Origin: Synechococcus sp. A15-28
GTDB lineage: Bacteria; Cyanobacteriota; Cyanobacteriia; PCC-6307; Cyanobiaceae
Reading direction: 5' to 3'
Assembly: GCF_014280175.1 (NCBI RefSeq)
Contig: NZ_CP047931.1
Coordinates: 2,250,001 to 2,282,000, forward strand
DNA length: 32,000 nucleotides
Numbering within the stretch: position 1 is the stretch's first letter; each line of letters opens with the position of its first letter. The notes below the pieces were generated by a model. That model saw only the letters and a list, made by a program, of their open reading frames with translations, made no database searches and was not told the origin of the DNA. Of this stretch, positions 26,180 through 32,000 are shown one piece after another. The position numbers and the translations under genes were made by a program.

Positions 26180-28411
26180 ATGTCTGACGGCCCCCGCAGT
26201 GTTCGCAGCCAGTGCCCCTACTGCGGAGTGGGCTGCGGTCTTGAGCTGCTGCCTCCGGCCGTGAAGGGTCAAGCCGTGAAGCGGGATGCAGAAGGCAACC
26301 CGATGTGGACCGCCCGCGGCGACCGGGAGCACCCCTCCAGCCTGGGCCAGGTGTGCATCAAGGGGGCCACCGTCGGCGACACCCTGGCCAGGGGCCGCCT
26401 GCGCCAACCCCTGTTCCGCAGCAAGCTCACAGACGACTTTGCACCAATCAGCTGGGACGACGCTCTCAACACAATCACCGGCCAGATCCAGGCGAGCGTG
26501 GCCAGGCGCGGCAAAGCCGATGGCATCGCCATGTACGGCTCCGGGCAGTTCCACACCGAGGATTACTACCTGGCCCAGAAACTGCTGAAAGGCGCCCTGG
26601 GCACCAACAATTTCGATGCCAACTCGCGGCTGTGCATGAGCTCAGCCGTGGCCGGCTACACCCGCAGCCTGGGTTCCGATGGCCCCCCCTGCAGCTATGA
26701 GGACCTCGACCACTGCACGGTGGCTTTTCTGATCGGCACCAACACCGCCGAGTGCCATCCAGTGCTGTTCCAGCGGCTGCTGAAGCGGAAACGCAAGAAC
26801 CCCGGCAGCGTCACGATCGTGGTGGTGGATCCCCGTCGCACCGACACCGCCAAGGCCGCCGATATTCATTTGCCGATTGCCCCTGGCAGCGACCTGGCCC
26901 TGCTGCATGGCATTGCTCACCTGGTGCTGCGGGACAACGGCCAGGACCCGGCCTTCATCGACGACCACACCGAGAACTACGACGCCTTCTTCGACGTGGC
27001 CGCCCGCTGGACCCCCAGGCGAGTGGCCCTGTTCTGCAACATCCCCGAGAAACGTCTGCGGGACGTGGCGGCTCTGTTTCACCGACGCCAGAAGGTGCTC
27101 AGCCTCTGGTCGATGGGGGTGAACCAGCGCCGAGAAGGAACGGCCGTGGTGCAGGGGTTGATCAACCTGCATCTGCTCACTGGTCAGATCGGCAAAGAAG
27201 GGGCAGGGCCCTTCTCCCTGACCGGCCAACCCAATGCCATGGGCGGCCGCGAAGCCGGGGGGCTCGCCCACCTGCTGCCGGGCTATCGGTTGGTGGGGAA
27301 TGCCGCGCACCGCGCCGAGGTGGAACTGGCCTGGCAGCTGCCGGCAGGCCGCATTGCCTCCAAACCCGGACTCGCCGCCTGGCAGCAGGTGGAAGCGATG
27401 GAACGGGGCGAACTGGACCTCTGGTGGGTGGCCGCCACGAATCCGCTGGTCAGCATGCCGGACCTGGATCGGGTCAAACAGGCCATGGGGAACTGCCCGC
27501 TCGTGGTGGTGAGCGAGGCCTACGCCGATTCGGAAACATCCCACTACGCCCACCTCCTGCTGCCGGCTGCCCAATGGAGTGAAAAAGCCGGAGCCATGAC
27601 CAATTCCGAACGGCGTGTCACCTTCTGCCCCGCCTACCGCCGAAGCTTCGGCGAAAGCCGTCCGGACTGGGACGTGTTTGCTGAGGTGGGCCGCCGGCTG
27701 GGCTTTACCGAACAGTTCAGCTTCGGCTCCGCCGCAGAGGTCTACGCCGAATTCACCCGACTCACCCAGGGACGCCTCTGTGACGTCAGTGGCCTGAGCC
27801 ATGAATTACTGGCGCAGGAGGGTCCCCAGCAGTGGCCTTATCCCAACGGAAGCACTCCCGGCACAGCAGCCAAACGGCTGTATACCAACCACCAGTTCGC
27901 GACCCCCAGCGGCCGCGCCCGTTTCAGCACCGACCAGCCGCTCGGGCTGGCGGAACCCCCCTGCGACACCTACCCACTCGTGCTGACCGTTGGTCGTTAC
28001 CTGGGTCAGTGGCACACCATGACCCGCACTGGAAAGGTGGAGCGATTGGTGAAACTGCACCCCGAGCCGTTGCTGGAGATTCATCCTCGGGATGCCCAGG
28101 AGCTGAAAGTGGAGAACGGAGCCCTGGCGGGCATCAGTTCTCGGCGCGGTCACCTCACCGCCACGGTGAAAGTGACCGATCGCATTCGCTGCGGGACTGT
28201 GTTCCTGCCGATGCACTGGGGATTCACCCAGGAGAAGGCTTGCGAAGCCAACACGCTGATGCATGACGATGCCTGCCCGGTGTCCAAGCAACCGGAACTG
28301 AAAGCCTGCGCAGTGATCGTGGCGCCAGCCGTGTCGGTGGTGAAGCCGGTGGAACAGGAGAAGGGTCGCCTGGAGGCGTTGCGGCGCCTGCTCACCCCAG
28401 CACTTCGCTGA
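26180..28411 (+). CDS. narB: Ferredoxin-dependent assimilatory nitrate reductase NarB
   Basis: QCPYCGVGCGLE, GQVCIKGATVGDTL, NSRLCMSSAVAGYTRSLGSDGPPCSYEDLDH, RRTDTAKAADIHLPIAPGSDLALLHGI, LTGQPNAMGGREAGGLAHLLPGYR. Confidence 0.97.
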   Translation: MSDGPRSVRSQCPYCGVGCGLELLPPAVKGQAVKRDAEGNPMWTARGDREHPSSLGQVCIKGATVGDTLARGRLRQPLFRSKLTDDFAPISWDDALNTITGQIQASVARRGKADGIAMYGSGQFHTEDYYLAQKLLKGALGTNNFDANSRLCMSSAVAGYTRSLGSDGPPCSYEDLDHCTVAFLIGTNTAECHPVLFQRLLKRKRKNPGSVTIVVVDPRRTDTAKAADIHLPIAPGSDLALLHGIAHLVLRDNGQDPAFIDDHTENYDAFFDVAARWTPRRVALFCNIPEKRLRDVAALFHRRQKVLSLWSMGVNQRREGTAVVQGLINLHLLTGQIGKEGAGPFSLTGQPNAMGGREAGGLAHLLPGYRLVGNAAHRAEVELAWQLPAGRIASKPGLAAWQQVEAMERGELDLWWVAATNPLVSMPDLDRVKQAMGNCPLVVVSEAYADSETSHYAHLLLPAAQWSEKAGAMTNSERRVTFCPAYRRSFGESRPDWDVFAEVGRRLGFTEQFSFGSAAEVYAEFTRLTQGRLCDVSGLSHELLAQEGPQQWPYPNGSTPGTAAKRLYTNHQFATPSGRARFSTDQPLGLAEPPCDTYPLVLTVGRYLGQWHTMTRTGKVERLVKLHPEPLLEIHPRDAQELKVENGALAGISSRRGHLTATVKVTDRIRCGTVFLPMHWGFTQEKACEANTLMHDDACPVSKQPELKACAVIVAPAVSVVKPVEQEKGRLEALRRLLTPALR

Positions 28412-28862
28412 GGGCAGCCTCCAGGTTTTGGTGGTCATGCCCAGGCCGCACCAATTTGCACAGCGCAAAGCGATCCAACTCAGGCATCGCCGCCCACTGC
28501 TGAAGCGTTAACTCCACACCACGGGACGCTGCAGCGCTCTGGATCTCTGCCGGTAAAACGGTCTGCTGTTGCCAGGGCGCATCCACAGCAGGCGGCAAAT
28601 CCTTCACCACTCCATCCGCCATCCCTCGGGTGACCTCCCGCAGATGCTGCCCAAGCTGAGCGAGCGCCTCTGGATCGTCGGCCCAATCCACCAAAGCCTG
28701 GCGCTGGTTCTGGGTCAGCGCCAACCAGTGACTCAATTTCAGCTTGATGCCGCAAAGATCCAACTTGCGGCGCACGCAAAGCGGAATGCACCGCCAGGTC
28801 CCGATGAAATCCTGCTCGAAAGCAAAGCAATGGCTGGCGGATTGCGTGGTGCTGGCCATCAA
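28392..28862 (-). CDS. narM: Cyanobacterial nitrate-reductase-associated protein NarM
   Basis: FAFEQDFIGTWRCIPLCVRRKLDLCGIKLKLSHWLAL pattern, adjacent to narB with 20-nt convergent overlap. Confidence 0.8.
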   Translation of the reverse strand: MMASTTQSASHCFAFEQDFIGTWRCIPLCVRRKLDLCGIKLKLSHWLALTQNQRQALVDWADDPEALAQLGQHLREVTRGMADGVVKDLPPAVDAPWQQQTVLPAEIQSAAASRGVELTLQQWAAMPELDRFALCKLVRPGHDHQNLEAALSEVLG

Positions 28863-28942
28863 TCAGAACGCCGAATGGTGTCAATGATGACAACCCCGGA
28901 CGCGCAAAACAGCGATGTTCATTTTGTTACAGAGACAGGTCA

Positions 28943-29113
28943 GTGCGCTTCGCCATCTCCCTCGGAATGTTGCTCGGCATGTCCCACGGTTGGGTGACCG
29001 CTGAGGGACGAGCAAGCACCAACTCAGACCTGTTCGAAGTGTTAAAAACCGTTAAATCAACGACAACTTTTTCTCCTTTCAGTAGCGGTCAACACCAATT
29101 CTTTCCATACTGA
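28943..29113 (+). CDS. Possible small secreted peptide (56 aa, GTG start)
   Basis: Not in the supplied track. Translation MRFAISLGMLLGMSHGWVTAEGRASTNSDLFEVLKTVKSTTTFSPFSSGQHQFFPY*, with signal-peptide-like N-terminus. RBS is weak. Confidence 0.3.
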   Translation: MRFAISLGMLLGMSHGWVTAEGRASTNSDLFEVLKTVKSTTTFSPFSSGQHQFFPY

Positions 29114-29137
29114 AACTCAATACGTGAGTTTTGAGTC

Positions 29138-29446
29138 TTGACCAACAGCTTCGTCTCCACAGGCCGCAGCCCGATCACCCTGGCTGCGGGCTTCCTGGGC
29201 GCCTTCATCTTCGGCTCCCTGGCCGTTCAGCTGGTGCGCAGTCAGACCGCTTCCATGCAGCTCGGTGCTGCCGTGGTTGAGCCGGTGATCGCCGGCCCTG
29301 CCGCTCTCTGGGCTCCCTTGGCCGAGCGCGACATCGCCAGTGCCACCGCAGGCGCAACAGCCCAACCTGCTGCGGCCATCCAGCCCGCCATTGAACCTGT
29401 CGTGGGCTCCGAAGCCACCCTCTGGGCTCCCTTCGGCGAGCGCTGA
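29138..29446 (+). CDS. Hypothetical small protein with one N-terminal TM segment and a duplicated EPV...LWAP..ER motif
   Basis: PITLAAGFLGAFIFGSLAVQLV TM segment; repeats EPVIAGPAALWAPLAER and EPVVGSEATLWAPFGER. TTG start at 29138 is uncertain. Confidence 0.6.
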   Translation: MTNSFVSTGRSPITLAAGFLGAFIFGSLAVQLVRSQTASMQLGAAVVEPVIAGPAALWAPLAERDIASATAGATAQPAAAIQPAIEPVVGSEATLWAPFGER

Positions 29447-29523
29447 TCAATCGAAGCATTCAGCCGACTCGCTGCAGATCTAAAAAATTTGCTCATAGTG
29501 AGGAGGAAGTTCAGCTCCCTCTT

Positions 29524-30282
29524 GTGGCTCTCAATCGCCGATCATTTCTGCTGGGTTCAGGCCTGACGGCCATGGGGCTTGTGGGTTGCAGCAAAGTTGC
29601 TCAAACCGACGCTTCCCAAGCCAACATCGGAGCCGGAGCCACCGCCGTACCGAGCAACGAAACTCCACGATCCTGTCGCCCCGGTGATTCCTTATCAGCG
29701 CTGAAAGATGGAAACAGGCGATTTGCAACGGCTTGGCAAAGCAAAAACACCGCAGACACGACTGAGGCGCGAGCCAAGGCCATGTCCAATCTTTGGTTGG
29801 ACAACTGCTACCTACCCTCCAGTGTCCTGGACAAGGGTCAAGCACCGTGGGCGTCAATTCTCACCTGTGCAGATTCCCGCGTGGCACCTGAATGGATTTT
29901 CGATGCAGCACCATCAGATCTTTTCGTGATTCGAAGCGCCGGAAACACTGCCTTCGACGATGCGATCGCTTCCCTGGAGTACGGGGTCGCTGTTTTGAAA
30001 ACCCCTCTGATCATGGTGATGGGTCACAGTGTATGCGGTGCTGTTGACGCCGCACGCAAAAGCGACCCTCTGACCCCGCTTCTGGAGAAACTGGTCACGC
30101 CAATCCGTGCGTCACTCACTCCTGGCGAAACACTGGATGAATCCATCCAAGCCAATTCGCGCTACGCGGCCAATCAGCTGACGGAAAGGAGTGCCGTTCT
30201 TGCCGACGCTGTCAAAAACGGTTCCCTTCAGATCGTTGTCAGCACCTTCAACATCGCAGACGGTTCCGTCAGCATGGTCTGA
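29524..30282 (+). CDS. Beta-class carbonic anhydrase with a Tat/lipoprotein-type signal
   Basis: [22 protein letters not shown] (RR motif plus lipobox), zinc-site motifs [15 protein letters not shown] and [33 protein letters not shown]. Confidence 0.88.
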   Translation: MALNRRSFLLGSGLTAMGLVGCSKVAQTDASQANIGAGATAVPSNETPRSCRPGDSLSALKDGNRRFATAWQSKNTADTTEARAKAMSNLWLDNCYLPSSVLDKGQAPWASILTCADSRVAPEWIFDAAPSDLFVIRSAGNTAFDDAIASLEYGVAVLKTPLIMVMGHSVCGAVDAARKSDPLTPLLEKLVTPIRASLTPGETLDESIQANSRYAANQLTERSAVLADAVKNGSLQIVVSTFNIADGSVSMV

Positions 30283-30758
30283 TGGAGGCTCCTCTCAATC
30301 ATCTGAACCAGCAAGGCGAGGTTCACATGGTTGACGTGGGGGACCGCCCGGCCACCCACCGCGAGGCCCATGCCACAGGCGCGATCCGCATGGACGCCTC
30401 AACCCTCGGCCTGATCCAGCGGGGCGAGACACCGAAAGGAGATCTTCTGGCGGTCGCCCGGGTGGCAGCGATCCAGGCCGCCAAACGCACCTGGGAGCTG
30501 ATTCCCCTGTGCCATCCGCTGCCACTCAGTGGCATGGATGTGTCGATCGACGCCGACGCCTCCCTGCCTGGCCTGGTGCTCCACTGCCGCTGCCGCACCA
30601 CAGGCCAGACCGGGGTGGAAATGGAAGCGATGACGGCCGTGTCCGTGGGGCTGCTGACCCTCTACGACATGCTCAAGGCGGTTGATCCAGCCATGACGAT
30701 CGAGGCGATCCAGCTGGAGTTCAAGGAAGGAGGGCGGAACGGTGTCTGGAAACGCTGA
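30282..30758 (+). CDS. moaC: Cyclic pyranopterin monophosphate synthase MoaC
   Basis: [51 protein letters not shown]. Confidence 0.96.
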   Translation: MEAPLNHLNQQGEVHMVDVGDRPATHREAHATGAIRMDASTLGLIQRGETPKGDLLAVARVAAIQAAKRTWELIPLCHPLPLSGMDVSIDADASLPGLVLHCRCRTTGQTGVEMEAMTAVSVGLLTLYDMLKAVDPAMTIEAIQLEFKEGGRNGVWKR

Positions 30759-31992
30759 GCCCTACGGACGCGAAGGGCTACCCCTCGAAGAGGCACGTCG
30801 ACGGGTTCTGGCGGCACTCCAGCCGATCACAGCCAGCAACACAGTGCCGCTGCAGCAGGCCCTCGGCCGGGTGAGCGCTGCGGATGTGCTGGCCAGCGCA
30901 GCGGTTCCGGGCTTCCGGGCCTCGATCATGGACGGCTACGCCCTGGGGCAGAACCACCAGCCCAAACCTGGGGAGACCTGGCAGCTGAAGGGACGCTCCG
31001 CCGCCGGCCAGCCCTTCAACGGAACCCTGGCCACCGGCGATGCGATCCGCATCCTCACCGGCGCTCCACTGCCGGACGTTGCCGGCTGGGTGCTGCCCCA
31101 GGAGCTGATCAGCGTGAACGGCACCAGCCTCCAGCTGGTGAAAGAAGCGTCGGATCGTCCCTGGATTCGCCCCGAGGATGAGGAATGTCGAGCGGGAGAC
31201 CTGCTGCTGGCCGCTGGAGAGCGCCTTGGTGCCGCCGATCTCGCACGCCTCGCCGGCTGCGGCATCGCCGACCTAACCGTTGCCCAGCAACCCCGCATCG
31301 GGCTGCTGATCAGCGGGGACGAGCTGGTGCCACCCGGAACAGCGCGGCAACCCGGTGCCATCTGGGAGAGCAACGGCACGCTTCTGGAGACAATGCTCCG
31401 GGCCCTCAGGCAATCGGTGACCCAGCGACGGGTGGTGGCCGATCAACCCGACGCCCTGCGGCAGGCCCTGCTGGATCTGGCCCATGACTGCGACGTGGTG
31501 GTGAGCACCGGCGGCGTCTCCGCCGGCGACACCGATTGGATCCGACCCCTGGTGGCGGAGCTGGGTGCTGTGGACTTCTGGAAACTGTTCCTACGCCCGG
31601 GGCGCCCCTTTGCCTTCGGCAGCATCGGTGAGGGCGTGCCGTTTTTCGGACTGCCGGGCAATCCCGTGGCGGCGGCAGTTACCGCCCTGCAACTGCTCTG
31701 GCCCGCCCTGCAGGTTCTGGAGGGCCAGAGCGAACCAGAGCTGTTCCCCCGGGTGATGGTGGAACTGGCCGACCCGTTGTCCCGCCGACCGGGACGGCCG
31801 GAACTGGCACGGGCCCGCCTCGACACCAACGCCGCAGGAACGCTGCTGGCACGGGTAGATGGCTCGCAGGCCTCATCCCGGATCGGTTCGCTGCAACAGG
31901 CCGATCTACTGTTGGAACTGCCAGCGGAAGCCGGCCCGCTCGAAAGGGGCACCCGTCTCTGGGCCCAGCTGATACGTCAACGGATTTTCTAA
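30742..31992 (+). CDS. moeA: Molybdopterin molybdenumtransferase MoeA
   Basis: [53 protein letters not shown]. 17-nt overlap with moaC. Confidence 0.95.
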   Translation: MSGNAEPYGREGLPLEEARRRVLAALQPITASNTVPLQQALGRVSAADVLASAAVPGFRASIMDGYALGQNHQPKPGETWQLKGRSAAGQPFNGTLATGDAIRILTGAPLPDVAGWVLPQELISVNGTSLQLVKEASDRPWIRPEDEECRAGDLLLAAGERLGAADLARLAGCGIADLTVAQQPRIGLLISGDELVPPGTARQPGAIWESNGTLLETMLRALRQSVTQRRVVADQPDALRQALLDLAHDCDVVVSTGGVSAGDTDWIRPLVAELGAVDFWKLFLRPGRPFAFGSIGEGVPFFGLPGNPVAAAVTALQLLWPALQVLEGQSEPELFPRVMVELADPLSRRPGRPELARARLDTNAAGTLLARVDGSQASSRIGSLQQADLLLELPAEAGPLERGTRLWAQLIRQRIF

Positions 31993-32000
31993 GCCGCAGC

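Noticed and set aside
26642-27802. 386-aa ORF antisense to narB
   Set aside because: Mirror frame of a clear narB; no recognisable domain.
1-32000. CRISPR arrays, tRNA/rRNA, transposases, phage or toxin-antitoxin modules
   Set aside because: No direct-repeat/spacer pattern, cloverleaf or mobile-element protein signature was recognised by eye. A tRNAscan/Infernal/ISfinder run would be needed to exclude small elements formally.

Overview
This 32 kb window looks like marine Synechococcus-type cyanobacterial DNA, a nitrogen-assimilation region. From left to right:
- the end of an FmdA-like formamidase/acetamidase and an FmdB-type zinc-ribbon protein
- a urea ABC transporter (urtABCDE, minus strand)
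- divergent urease accessory genes (ureGFE, minus) and urease genes (ureDABC, plus)
- a DUF4278 protein preceded by a perfect GTA-N8-TAC (NtcA-like) box
- a minus-strand cluster of DUF1028, M20/N-carbamoylase-like hydrolase, asparagine-synthetase-like protein, Asp/Orn-carbamoyltransferase-like protein and SSS symporter, the symporter flanked on both sides by unlisted, overlapping tiny single-TM ORFs
- a circularly permuted ATP-grasp / alpha-E / transglutaminase-like trio
- a cupin-like protein
- moaA and mobA
- an NNP-type nitrate/nitrite transporter interrupted by an apparent 1-nt frameshift in a C7 run
- narB and narM
- a Tat/lipobox beta-carbonic anhydrase abutting moaC-moeA.

The strongest leads are:
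- the putative carbamoyl/ureido-compound cluster next to urease, with its two micro-membrane proteins
- the nitrate transporter frameshift
- the NtcA-type promoter architectures.

No rRNA, tRNA, CRISPR array, phage or transposon was recognised. All family assignments come from reading motifs; no database search was run.
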